DNA of 29,397 nt from Bdellovibrionota bacterium (lineage in GTDB: Bacteria > Bdellovibrionota_C > UBA2361 > OMII01), in the NCBI GenBank assembly GCA_044345405.1, contig JBIJBE010000084.1, forward strand, positions 1 through 29,397, read 5' to 3'. The translations under genes and the position numbers were made by a program. The first letter of the stretch is position 1. Each line of letters begins with the position of its first letter. The notes under the pieces are model-generated. The model worked only from the letters and a program-made list of their open reading frames with translations. It was not told the DNA's origin and did not search any database. Below are positions 20,854-29,397 of the stretch, in pieces.

Positions 20854-22668
20854 TTACGAGCGCTTATTCGCTGGTAAGATAGTCTTTCGAATTCGAATAG
20901 ACTTTGGCGTTACCTCAACCAACTCATCATCTCTGATGAAGTCGATCGCCTTCTCAAGGGTAAGCGGAACAACTGGAGTGAGGATCACGTTCTCATCCTT
21001 CGCCGCGGCGCGGATGTTCGTAAGCTTCTTCTCTCGGCAGATGTTCACGTTGAGGTCGTTGTCTCGGTTATGCTCTCCGACAACCATGCCCTCATACACA
21101 GGATCCTGTGGCTGCACGAACATCTTGCCTCGCGGTTGAAGTCCGAAGATAGCGTATGGAATAGCCTCTCCCTGACGGTCAGCGACGAGCGAACCGAGCT
21201 GACGGGACATGAAATCTCCCTTATACGGCTCGTAGCCCTTGAGGTATGAGTTCATGATTCCCGTTCCGCGTGTATCGGTAAGGAACTGGTTTCGGTATCC
21301 GATAAGTCCACGGGAAGGGATCTCGAACTCAAGTCGCACACGACCCGTTCCGTGATTAACCATGTTCACCATCTTTCCACGGCGAACAGAGAGGGTCTCT
21401 GAAAGGATACCGATGTGCGCTTCGTCACAGTCGATGATGAGGTGCTCTACAGGCTCGTGCTTCTCGCCGTCGATCTCCTTGTAGATGATCTGTGGTCGGC
21501 CCACGGTCACTTCAAATCCCTCACGACGCATCGTCTCGATCAGGATCGCCATCTGGAACTCTCCGCGACCACGAACGATGCAGCTCTCGTCCTCCTTCGA
21601 CTCCTCAATCTTGAGGGCCACGTTGTAGAGAGCCTCCTTGTGAAGTCGCTCCTTAATCTTCTGTGGTTGAACGAGCTTACCCTCCTTTCCTGAGAACGGA
21701 GAGGTGTTCGCCATGAACTTCATCGAGATCGTTGGCTCGTCTACCGTGATGCGTGGGAGAGCGAGCGGACGCTCAAGAGTACAGATCGTGTCACCGATCG
21801 ATACATCCTCGATACCTGAAAGGATAATGATCTCTCCAGGTTCCGCTTGGTCCACCTCGGCGAATGATATGCCCTGGTAAACTTGAAGTTTGGACACACG
21901 GAGGGGTTCAACCGTTCCGTTCTCGCCGATTCGAGCGAGTCGCTCGTTCTTACGGGCCGTGCCGTTGAACACCCGTCCGATAGCAAGACGACCAAGGTAG
22001 TCTGAGTACGAGAGGTTGGTCACCAACATCTGGAACGGCTGCTCTGGATTATGGGAAGGTCCAGGGATGTGCTTCACGATCGTGTCGAAGAGTGGCGCGA
22101 GCGTTGAGCTCTCATCTCCGATCTTGTGCATCGCGATACCTTCGCGACCGATCGCGTAGAGCACCGGGAAGTCGAGTTGGTCCTCTGTAGCGTCGAGGTC
22201 GATGAAGAGGTCGTATACCTCGTTCAGTACCTCTTGAGGACGCGCGTCCTGTCGGTCGATCTTATTCACAACCACGATGATTGAGATACCAGCCTCAAGC
22301 GCTTTGCGAAGTACGAAACGGGTCTGAGGGAGTGGTCCCTCAGATGAGTCAACGAGGAGGATACATCCATCCACCATCATCATCGCGCGCTCTACCTCGC
22401 CCCCGAAGTCGGCGTGGCCTGGGGTGTCGAGGATGTTGATCTTTACGTCTCCCCACTTCACGGAGCAGTTCTTGGCGGCGATGGTGATTCCACGCTCACG
22501 CTCAAGGTCCATGCTGTCCATTACACGTTCAGCGACCTCCTGGTTCGAGCGGAAGAGTCCGCTCTGTCGGAAGAGGTGATCAACAAGGGTCGTCTTGCCG
22601 TGGTCTACGTGCGCGATGATAGCGATGTTGCGGATATTGGGATTGATTACTTTAGAATTATCACTCAT
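20854..22668 (-). CDS. typA: Translational GTPase TypA/BipA
   Basis: IRNIAIIAHVDHGKTTLVD, ERERGITI, DTPGHADFGGEVER, NKID, GRGE...ILIETMRREGFE, C-terminal DDELVEVTPKSIRIRK; 604 aa. Confidence 0.98.
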   Translation of the reverse strand: MSDNSKVINPNIRNIAIIAHVDHGKTTLVDHLFRQSGLFRSNQEVAERVMDSMDLERERGITIAAKNCSVKWGDVKINILDTPGHADFGGEVERAMMMVDGCILLVDSSEGPLPQTRFVLRKALEAGISIIVVVNKIDRQDARPQEVLNEVYDLFIDLDATEDQLDFPVLYAIGREGIAMHKIGDESSTLAPLFDTIVKHIPGPSHNPEQPFQMLVTNLSYSDYLGRLAIGRVFNGTARKNERLARIGENGTVEPLRVSKLQVYQGISFAEVDQAEPGEIIILSGIEDVSIGDTICTLERPLALPRITVDEPTISMKFMANTSPFSGKEGKLVQPQKIKERLHKEALYNVALKIEESKEDESCIVRGRGEFQMAILIETMRREGFEVTVGRPQIIYKEIDGEKHEPVEHLIIDCDEAHIGILSETLSVRRGKMVNMVNHGTGRVRLEFEIPSRGLIGYRNQFLTDTRGTGIMNSYLKGYEPYKGDFMSRQLGSLVADRQGEAIPYAIFGLQPRGKMFVQPQDPVYEGMVVGEHNRDNDLNVNICREKKLTNIRAAAKDENVILTPVVPLTLEKAIDFIRDDELVEVTPKSIRIRKTILPANKRS

Positions 22669-22829
22669 GGGCGCGCATGGTAGCCCGTGAGCCGTTTTTA
22701 TTCAACGTAACGGCCCGAATTGTTTGAACCAGGCTCTCGTGGACCTTCACGGAGGGCCTACCTAAACCGTTGAGACTGGGTTATCCATCGAGGGATTTCA
22801 GTTGGTTCCTTATCTCGGTACGAGCTCGT

Positions 22830-24056
22830 ATGTCTTCACATGAAACCCATTCTGAGGGCGGCCTAACCTGGAGGATCCTCCTGGCCATGGGCCTTGGGGT
22901 TCTCGCCGGGGTGGTTTTTGGGGCGAAAGTCGCCGGCCTGGGCTTAGTGGGTAAGCTCTTCATTCAACTCATCAAGGTGATGGCGGTGCCCTTGGTGTTC
23001 TTTAGCATCGTTGACGCGTTGATCACGGCGAAGCTCTCCTGGGCGGGTGCTCGAAAACTCGCCGTCGTGGTCGTGATCAACACGAGTATCGCGTTGCTCA
23101 TTGGGCTTACCCTTTCGAACGCTGTTCAGCCCGGAGCCTATTTCGAACGGAGTGTCGCCACGATCGAGGGCGCGCAGCCTCCCAACGTGGACTCGATCGA
23201 TTTGGGAAGGATCGTGGCCTCGATCGTTCCAACTAGCATCGTCGCCCCGTTCGCCGAGAATAACGTCATTTCGGTGGTGCTCCTCGCCCTCCTTCTCGGT
23301 AGCGCCCTACGGCAGCACCTCACCGGTGGAAAGGCCGATTATGAGCTGATTCAGGCCGAGCGCATGATTCGAACCGTTCTCTCTGTGTGGAGCTCGGGTT
23401 TGATGTTGCTGGTGCGTCTCGTTCCGTTCGCGGTTTTCTGTGTCACGGCTCGGACGGTCGGGGAGTATGGGTTTGAGCCCTTCAAGGGGCTCTTCCTCTA
23501 TATCGTGCTCGCCATCTCGGGGATGCTGATACAGATAGCGCTGGTATATCCGGTATGGATTCGCTTCGTCGGAGGGATCCCGCTTGGGCATTTTATCAGG
23601 CTCGCGAAGAAGCCGATCGTCTACGCGTTCGGCACCAATTCGAGCCTCGCGACCTTGCCTCTGACCCTTGAGGCGCTCGATTCCTTGAAGGTCTCGAAGA
23701 GCGCCTCCCGGTTGGGCGCCTGTGTCGGCACGAACCTTAATAACGATGGCATCGTTTTATATGAGGCGATGGCGGTTCTCTTCGTGGCGCAAGCCTTTGG
23801 TTTTCACCTGACCCTTGAGCAGCAACTTCTCGCGGCGGGTATGAGCCTCATCGCGGCGATCGGTGTCGCCGGAGTGCCCGAGGCTGGGGTTGTTTCGCTC
23901 TCCCTCGTGCTCACGGCCGTTGGGCTCCCCCTTGAGATAGTGCCCCTCCTTCTCACGGTGGATTGGATCGTGGCTCGCATGCGATCCGTAACCAACGTTT
24001 TAAGTGACATGGCCGTTTCTATCGGGATCGATGGGTTGAGTAGCTCCCGCTCATAG
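22830..24056 (+). CDS. Dicarboxylate/amino acid:cation (Na+/H+) symporter, DAACS/SDF family (GltP/DctA-like)
   Basis: Multi-TM protein with G.LFIQLIK...PLVF, AFGTNSSLATLP, G..LNNDG..LY, GVAGVP.AG and VDWIVARMRSVTNV.SD motifs. The ATG at 22830 is preferred over TTG 22770. Confidence 0.92.
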   Translation: MSSHETHSEGGLTWRILLAMGLGVLAGVVFGAKVAGLGLVGKLFIQLIKVMAVPLVFFSIVDALITAKLSWAGARKLAVVVVINTSIALLIGLTLSNAVQPGAYFERSVATIEGAQPPNVDSIDLGRIVASIVPTSIVAPFAENNVISVVLLALLLGSALRQHLTGGKADYELIQAERMIRTVLSVWSSGLMLLVRLVPFAVFCVTARTVGEYGFEPFKGLFLYIVLAISGMLIQIALVYPVWIRFVGGIPLGHFIRLAKKPIVYAFGTNSSLATLPLTLEALDSLKVSKSASRLGACVGTNLNNDGIVLYEAMAVLFVAQAFGFHLTLEQQLLAAGMSLIAAIGVAGVPEAGVVSLSLVLTAVGLPLEIVPLLLTVDWIVARMRSVTNVLSDMAVSIGIDGLSSSRS

Positions 24057-24195
24057 CCCGCTTCCCGTGCGCCACAAAAATTTCGATCAATCCTAAGAAG
24101 CGATCCGATGCGAACAGATGCCGACGATGTTCGTAGGCTACCTCGGTAAGAGTATCCACCATAAATACATCCAAATTCATGTCGCAGAGGAAATC

Positions 24196-24366
24196 ATGAA
24201 CGAAGTAGAGATTCTTATCAGTCCAGCGCTCTCAGAGGTTTTGCGACGTATCGATTCCTTAAAGTCCAGCGAGAACATATCGCTTGAGGAGAAGATTCGA
24301 ATCGCGGAGCTTGTGCTAGCCGTTATTGAGGAAGAGAAAAAAGACGGCACGATGATGATGCAGTAG
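24196..24366 (+). CDS. Small hypothetical protein (56 aa, predicted helical)
   Basis: SD-like AGAGG 5 nt before the ATG at 24196. Protein-like amphipathic composition (MNEVEILISPALSEVLRRIDSLK...). Fills an otherwise empty gap. Confidence 0.55.
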   Translation: MNEVEILISPALSEVLRRIDSLKSSENISLEEKIRIAELVLAVIEEEKKDGTMMMQ

Positions 24367-24513
24367 GGGGTGCGCCACCGGGGGGCGGCCATTCTCCCCC
24401 TTCGCTAAAGCTTGGAGGGACAGGCTGGTCGCCGGAATATGCCGTGTTGCCGAACCAACCTGTGGCGCGCAGGAATGCGCGCCCTCCGATGTGCTGGGTC
24501 CGAATGACGCTCC

Positions 24514-25737
24514 CTACACCGCCTTCGCCAACGGATTTACCGCTCGCTCTCGTGGCGTTCCGAAATACTTCGAACAAAGAAGATCCGCCGCGTGCTCAGC
24601 GCCCTCTTTAAGGTCGCCGATAACGGGACGTTGTCGCTCTTGAAGCTCCTTGCGCGCGTTCCACGCCTCGGTCAATTTTTGCGCGAGGTACTGCGGTGTA
24701 AGTGACGCGAGCTCAAGGCTGAACTCCTCGCACTGGAGGAGCTTCAAATATCCACGAACCTTCGGTGCGTAGATAAGTCCCACCACCGGAGTCTCAACCG
24801 ATGACGCGAGGACGATCGAATGGAATCGCATTCCCACAAGGATACCGCACTTGCGAATCACAGCTTGAATATCGTGGCTCAAGTACGTTGAGTTAGTAAG
24901 GACTTTTGCGCCGCACATCTCAGCGAGCTCGCGGCAGGTCGCCTCATCCATCGGGTGAGTGCACACAATCAATGGCTGGAATGAATCAGTAACCTGCTTC
25001 TGAGCCTGTTGTACCCCTTCCGCGATAGTCTTCAGGAGCCCCTTTGGATCCGAGAGTCGCTCATTCGGATTGAGCCAGGTATCGAGGTAGGCGGTCGCGT
25101 TGATCGCCATCGTTGGCTTCTCTGGATCGAGTCCGAGTTCGCGCATGATCGAGACCGCGACCTTGTCATCCGAGACAGGATTAATGAACGCTGCGTCACC
25201 GGTGAGTTCTACCGGCTTCGTTACACCGATATCCTTGGTGAGCTTCTCGCTATCGCGCTCACGCATCATCACAAGGTCGCACCCTTGGATCGTCCACTTC
25301 GCGAAGAGGCGACTGATGGCGTTCTGGAACGGGCCGATGCCGGTTGAGTAGCACACCATCTTGCATCCCAAGAGTCGCGCGAGCGGAACGAGGAACACGA
25401 GGGTGATAAGGTAGTTGAACGCTGGGTTAAAGAGCTTCTTGCCGAAGATGATTCCGTCGCAAATAAGCGCGACGTCGCTCTTGGCGAGACAGATGAGGGT
25501 AGGGAGGCCAAGAAGCCGAAGGCTCAGGGTCCACGGCATTACGTTCACGGCCTTCACGTTGTATCGATCGCCGTAGTGCTTGCGAACCCACTCAGGCTTG
25601 ATGGTCGGCACGTAGAACTCAGCGTTCGGCATCCGCTTGGAGAGACTCTCCATAATGCTCGACATAATCGCCATGTCTCCAAGGTTTCGACCTGAGTTGT
25701 TGCCGAGGAGGGTGATCCGTGGGTGAGTGCCTTTCAT
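24514..25737 (-). CDS. Polysaccharide pyruvyl transferase family protein (CsaB/WcaK-like)
   Basis: N-terminal G...RNLGD.AI, GIGPF, RER.S, GDAAF, VGMRFHSIVLA and Y.PKV motifs typical of PS_pyruv_trans proteins. Confidence 0.9.
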   Translation of the reverse strand: MKGTHPRITLLGNNSGRNLGDMAIMSSIMESLSKRMPNAEFYVPTIKPEWVRKHYGDRYNVKAVNVMPWTLSLRLLGLPTLICLAKSDVALICDGIIFGKKLFNPAFNYLITLVFLVPLARLLGCKMVCYSTGIGPFQNAISRLFAKWTIQGCDLVMMRERDSEKLTKDIGVTKPVELTGDAAFINPVSDDKVAVSIMRELGLDPEKPTMAINATAYLDTWLNPNERLSDPKGLLKTIAEGVQQAQKQVTDSFQPLIVCTHPMDEATCRELAEMCGAKVLTNSTYLSHDIQAVIRKCGILVGMRFHSIVLASSVETPVVGLIYAPKVRGYLKLLQCEEFSLELASLTPQYLAQKLTEAWNARKELQERQRPVIGDLKEGAEHAADLLCSKYFGTPRERAVNPLAKAV

Positions 25738-25835
25738 AAGCGTAACTTCAAGAGGTTAGTACGGGCGATACTGTAATTGGATTAGGGAGTGTTTTCAAGG
25801 GAAGGGGGCCCTAGGGGGTGTAGCTCTAAGTGCAA

Positions 25836-26032
25836 ACGTGAACATGCACGTGCTCGTGAACGTAAACGTACCCGAAAGACGCAGGCTGCGACCCGGGAAA
25901 CTCTATGCGATTGGGGGAACATTTCCGTAGCCAACGTCCCAGAGTCCGTCATTGAGGCCGCTCGTCAGGGTAACGTAGCCACCTCGGAGCTGCCTCGTTC
26001 GGGTACGTTCACGTTTACGAGCAGGTTCACGT
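25836..26032. repeat. Long imperfect inverted repeat with hexameric (CGTGAA/CGTAAA-like) arms; REPIN/MITE-like element
   Basis: Left arm ACGTGAACATGCACGTGCTCGTGAACGTAAACGTACCCGAA (25836-25876). Reverse complement of the right arm (25998-26032) is ACGTGAACCTGCTCGTAAACGTGAACGTACCCGAA. Pairing extends imperfectly about 15 nt further inward. Confidence 0.75.
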
Positions 26033-26082
26033 GGGTAATCCTAAGGGCTTGGACGCTGCTGGAGATTAGGGTCCGCAGGTTA

Positions 26083-26111
26083 TTGACCGTCTCTCCCCGC
26101 ACCGCTACCCT
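26083..26111 (+). promoter_or_regulatory. Putative sigma70 promoter of the btu operon
   Basis: TTGACC-17 nt-TACCCT. The predicted start site (about 26118) falls just before the first riboswitch stem. Confidence 0.6.
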
Positions 26112-26119
26112 GCTAAGCA

Positions 26120-26279
26120 GTTGCGAGCGCCAGGGAAGAACGGTGTAAATCCGTCGCGGTCCCGCCGCTGTAAATGGGGTTTGGCCTCACGCACTCCACT
26201 GCCGTACGAGCCCACAAGGTTTCAAGGCGGGAAGGAGAGGCCCTTTCGATACCCCTAAGCCAGAAGACCTTCTCGCAAC
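26120..26279 (+). ncRNA. Cobalamin (B12) riboswitch
   Basis: AGGGAA-GAACGGTGTAAATCCG-TCGCGGTCCCGCCGCTGTAA core, CCACTG...GGGAAGG, and B12 box AGCCAGAAGACCT. Closing stem GTTGCGAG/CTCGCAAC. Directly upstream of a btuB-like gene. Confidence 0.93.
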
Positions 26280-26383
26280 GGTGAGGTCGTATGAGCGTCG
26301 CTCATGCAACCATCTCCCAAGTGTTCACCTCGTGGATTGGGTGTGCCCTTGCAGTTACCGTGTAAGTTAGTTCTAGGAAACGT

Positions 26384-28315
26384 ATGCGTGGACGTTCGTT
26401 CGCTCCTGCTCGCGTGGCGTGTGGTCTCATCCTCGCCTGCGTAGCGCCTTTGTCTTCCCTTCGCGCGGAAGATGTCGAGACCCCCGCCGATGCCGAACAG
26501 ATTATCGTAACGGCGAGTCGACTTGAAACAACGCAAGCCGATGTCGGTAGCTCCGTCTCCGTTGTGACGCAGGAGGAATTGCAAGAGGGGAAGTACCCAA
26601 CCGTTGTTGAGGCGCTCCGCAAGGTTCCCGGTGTCGATATCGTGCGAAGTGGTGGTCCCGGCGGAAACGCGGCGGCCTTTATCCGTGGCGCTGACAGCTC
26701 TCAAACGCAGGTGCTCATGGACGGCATTGAGCTTAACAATCCCGCCAATCCGAGCCGTGGCTTTAACCTTACGACCCTCACCCTTGAGAACGTCGATCGG
26801 ATCGAGATCATTCGCGGACCGCAGAGTATGATCTACGGCTCCGACTCGATCGGTGGAGTTATCAATATCATCTCCAAACAGGCGAAGAAGGGTACGCACG
26901 TGACCGCCATGACTGAGGCGGGCTCGTACGACTCGTTCAATAATGTCGGCTCCCTGTCGTATGGAAGCGACGCGATCGATTTTACGGGGGGAGTGACGCA
27001 GCAGGATGTGGGTAACATCTCCGCCGCTGGCGCGAACTACGGAAACTTCGAACAGGACGCCTATCACAACACCGCGCTGTCAGGACGCCTCGCGTTTCGT
27101 CCGAGTGATTCGGTTGATGGTGCGTTAATAACTCGATACAGCAAAAGTAACGCGGGTCTCGATAACATCGGTGGCTATGGTGGTGATGATCCGAACCGCC
27201 ACTACAACAACGAGGAGTTCTTTAATCGGGGTCAGATCGAGTCCCGTTTCTTAGATGACACCCTCACCACTAAGGCGTGGACCGACTACACCGACCACGG
27301 TCTCTACGACAATAACGATCCCGATCAGCAGAGCCAGGACTACCTCCGGTCGAACTACATCGGAAACATGTTGGACGCTGGAACGAGCGTGACGTGGGCG
27401 CCAAAGAAATATTTCTCCTCGGTTTTGGGCTACGAGTATGAGAAGGAGCGCGCAAGCTCCTACTACTACTCTGACGGCGCGTACGGACCGTACGAGGACG
27501 ATTTCAATTGGCGAAGCGCCAACACTAATAGCGTGTTCTTTGAGACGAAGACCTCCTACGAGGAGAAGGCATTCCTCGACGCGGGCGTTCGTTACGACCG
27601 GCAATCGATCTTCGGAGAGCGCACCACCTTTCGTGTCGCGCCAGCGTGGTATGTTACTGAGACCACCAAGCTTCGCGGGTCGGTGGGCACCGGATTTAAA
27701 GCTCCATCGCTTATGCAGCTTTATTCGCCGTACGGTAATCCCGACCTTCAAGCGGAGAAGAGTACAGGGTGGGATATCGGCGTTGATCAGCAGATCGTTC
27801 GCGATCGACTCGCCGCTGAGCTTACCTTCTTCGATAACGACTACACCGATCTGATTACCTTTAATCCATCGACCTTCGTGCTTGAGAATATCGATAGCGC
27901 GTACACGCAAGGTATCGAGGCGGCGTTAACATCTACGATTACAGATACGCTCTCTCTTCGCTCGGCGTATACCTACACTGAGACGCAAAACCGACAGACC
28001 GATGAGTCGTTGCTCCGACGTCCTCGCAACAAGGGAAGTATTACGGCGAACTATCAAGCCACCAGCCGACTGAGCTCTCAGGTTGAGTGGCGGGTGTATG
28101 GAAAGAGATTCGATAACGATTTCTCGACCTATCCTCCAACGCGAACAACGCTCGCTGGGTACGGTGTCGTGAACGTGACGGTCTCGTTTAAAGCGAACGA
28201 CAACGTTGAGCTCTTCACCCGCGTCGATAACCTCTTCGATCAGGAATACGAAGAGGTGCTCGGCTACGGAACGATGGGATGCGCGGCCTACGGAGGTGTG
28301 AAGGCAAGTTTGTAA
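26384..28315 (+). CDS. btuB: TonB-dependent vitamin B12 receptor
   Basis: Signal peptide, TonB box (EQIIVTASR), plug motifs (ALRKVPGV, FIRGA.S.QT.VLMDG, IEIIRGPQS.IYGSD.IGGVINII), GFKAPS, GNPDL.AE, LLRRP, DNLFDQEYE. Lies downstream of the B12 riboswitch. Confidence 0.88.
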   Translation: MRGRSFAPARVACGLILACVAPLSSLRAEDVETPADAEQIIVTASRLETTQADVGSSVSVVTQEELQEGKYPTVVEALRKVPGVDIVRSGGPGGNAAAFIRGADSSQTQVLMDGIELNNPANPSRGFNLTTLTLENVDRIEIIRGPQSMIYGSDSIGGVINIISKQAKKGTHVTAMTEAGSYDSFNNVGSLSYGSDAIDFTGGVTQQDVGNISAAGANYGNFEQDAYHNTALSGRLAFRPSDSVDGALITRYSKSNAGLDNIGGYGGDDPNRHYNNEEFFNRGQIESRFLDDTLTTKAWTDYTDHGLYDNNDPDQQSQDYLRSNYIGNMLDAGTSVTWAPKKYFSSVLGYEYEKERASSYYYSDGAYGPYEDDFNWRSANTNSVFFETKTSYEEKAFLDAGVRYDRQSIFGERTTFRVAPAWYVTETTKLRGSVGTGFKAPSLMQLYSPYGNPDLQAEKSTGWDIGVDQQIVRDRLAAELTFFDNDYTDLITFNPSTFVLENIDSAYTQGIEAALTSTITDTLSLRSAYTYTETQNRQTDESLLRRPRNKGSITANYQATSRLSSQVEWRVYGKRFDNDFSTYPPTRTTLAGYGVVNVTVSFKANDNVELFTRVDNLFDQEYEEVLGYGTMGCAAYGGVKASL

Positions 28316-28319
28316 CGGT

Positions 28320-28967
28320 ATGCTCGGACTCTCTGATACCACCGTTGGCGCGCTCGTTTCCGTGATCCTTCACGCAGGTGTCGCTGTGGCTTTTTTCGGG
28401 CCCCTCGGAGAGGGTACCGGTGCTGGCTCAACGGTTGTGATGGTGAGTATCGATGGGATCGAGGTGCCGGAGTCCAAGGGCGAGGACCTCCAGAAAGGTG
28501 AGCCGCAACCCATCCTCCCGGCCGTCCCCCAGGATGCCCAAGGAGCGGTCCAGACTCGCCAGGAGCCTCCTCACCCTGCTGCCTCTCGCGCCATGCCCCT
28601 AAGGCGCCAGAAGGCCCCCGAGCAGCCTCCAATCGCCCAACCCCAAGAGCCCCAAACAGGCGAATCTGGAGGCGGAGGGCTGCTCGGCTCCCTGTATTCT
28701 CAGCCCCTTATGACCTATATGCCAAAGCCTCTCTACCCCCGAAGCGCCCGGGAGCGGGGAGTTGAGGGTAAGGTCAGTGTAAAGGTGTGGGTTACCGCCG
28801 AGGGCACGGTCGAGCGCGCCGAGGTAGTAAAGGGCTCGGGCTCTGAGCTCCTCGATCGGGCGGCCCATGAGAGCGCTCTCGAAGCGAGCTTCAAACCCGC
28901 TCTCAAAGCTGGTGTCCCTACCGCCGCAGAGAAGACAATGGTCATAACATTCAGTTTAATCGAATGA
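28320..28967 (+). CDS. tonB: Energy transducer TonB
   Basis: N-terminal TM with S.ILH motif, Pro/Gln-rich linker, and C-terminal YPRSARERGVEGKV.V...V...G.V...V.KGSG..LLDRAA...F.PA domain. Confidence 0.9.
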   Translation: MLGLSDTTVGALVSVILHAGVAVAFFGPLGEGTGAGSTVVMVSIDGIEVPESKGEDLQKGEPQPILPAVPQDAQGAVQTRQEPPHPAASRAMPLRRQKAPEQPPIAQPQEPQTGESGGGGLLGSLYSQPLMTYMPKPLYPRSARERGVEGKVSVKVWVTAEGTVERAEVVKGSGSELLDRAAHESALEASFKPALKAGVPTAAEKTMVITFSLIE

Positions 28968-29397
28968 AGCGCTTCCTCCTCACCCTCATCGCAACGTTAA
29001 TGGCCGCTCCGTGTAGCGCCGAGGATGATCGATGCGCGCGGATTGTCTCGCTCTCGCCGAGCATCACCGAGGTGATCTATGAGCTCGGACTCGGAAGTAG
29101 GCTCGTTGGTGTGACGAGGTACTGTCGATATCCCGCCGAGGCGCAGTCGGTCGCGAAGGTCGGAGGGTTCTACGACATGAGCATCGAGAATATCATCTCG
29201 CTGAAACCTACCCAGGTATTTGGACTCCGAGAAAACGCTGAGATTCGAGAGAGCCTCCGTAAGTTCGGAGTTTCGACCAGCGAAGTGGACCACACAACCG
29301 TCGAAGGGATAAAGCGAAGCATCGCGATGGTCGGTGAGCTGTGTGGTGTTGGATCACGAGCCCGTGACAAGCTCGCCACCTTAGAGGAGCGAGAGCG
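28964..29397 (+). CDS. btuF: Cobalamin ABC transporter periplasmic binding protein (BtuF-like), 3'-partial
   Basis: Not in the ORF track. ATGA overlap with the tonB stop. Translates MKRFLLTLIATLMAAPCSAEDDRCARIVSLSPSITEVIYELGLGSRLVGVTRYCRYPAEAQSVAKVGGFYDMSIENIISLKP..., open to the window end. Confidence 0.88.
   Translation, partial: MKRFLLTLIATLMAAPCSAEDDRCARIVSLSPSITEVIYELGLGSRLVGVTRYCRYPAEAQSVAKVGGFYDMSIENIISLKPTQVFGLRENAEIRESLRKFGVSTSEVDHTTVEGIKRSIAMVGELCGVGSRARDKLATLEERE

Noticed and set aside
25789-26148. 119-aa ORF between pyruvyl transferase and btuB
   Set aside because: Its ERKR/TFTF character derives from the hexamer inverted repeat, and it overlaps the promoter and riboswitch.
26255-29379. 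Minus-strand ORFs over btuB/tonB/btuF
   Set aside because: Antisense to well-supported genes.
1-29397. Taxonomic assignment (impression of a Bdellovibrionota/deltaproteobacteria-like lineage)
   Set aside because: Impression only; it needs a TypA phylogeny or database search.

Overview
Gram-negative bacterial DNA (TonB/BtuB and an OprB-type porin are present). The first two-thirds of the window holds two tandem paralogous giant genes: A (<1..10590, at least 3529 aa, 5' end outside the window) and B (probable start 11746..19509, about 2587 aa, with a signal peptide). Each is mostly a Thr-Xaa alternating stalk built from 26-aa and 78-aa (3x26) repeats, followed by an about 330-aa C-terminal region with 6 Cys. 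That region is about 88% identical between the copies and resembles no anchoring or secretion signal I recognise. B also has N-terminal Cys-rich modules, including an endostatin-like/DUF1554-type domain. A decayed copy of the oprB 5' end behind gene A marks the tandem duplication. Downstream are an OprB-family porin, typA/bipA, a DAACS symporter, a small ORF, a polysaccharide pyruvyl transferase, an inverted-repeat element of about 200 bp, and a sigma70 promoter plus cobalamin riboswitch ahead of btuB-tonB-btuF (btuF truncated by the window end). The best candidate for an undescribed system is the pair of giant mucin-like surface proteins with their shared, uncharacterised C-terminal module. 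All calls come from reading the sequence; no searches were run.
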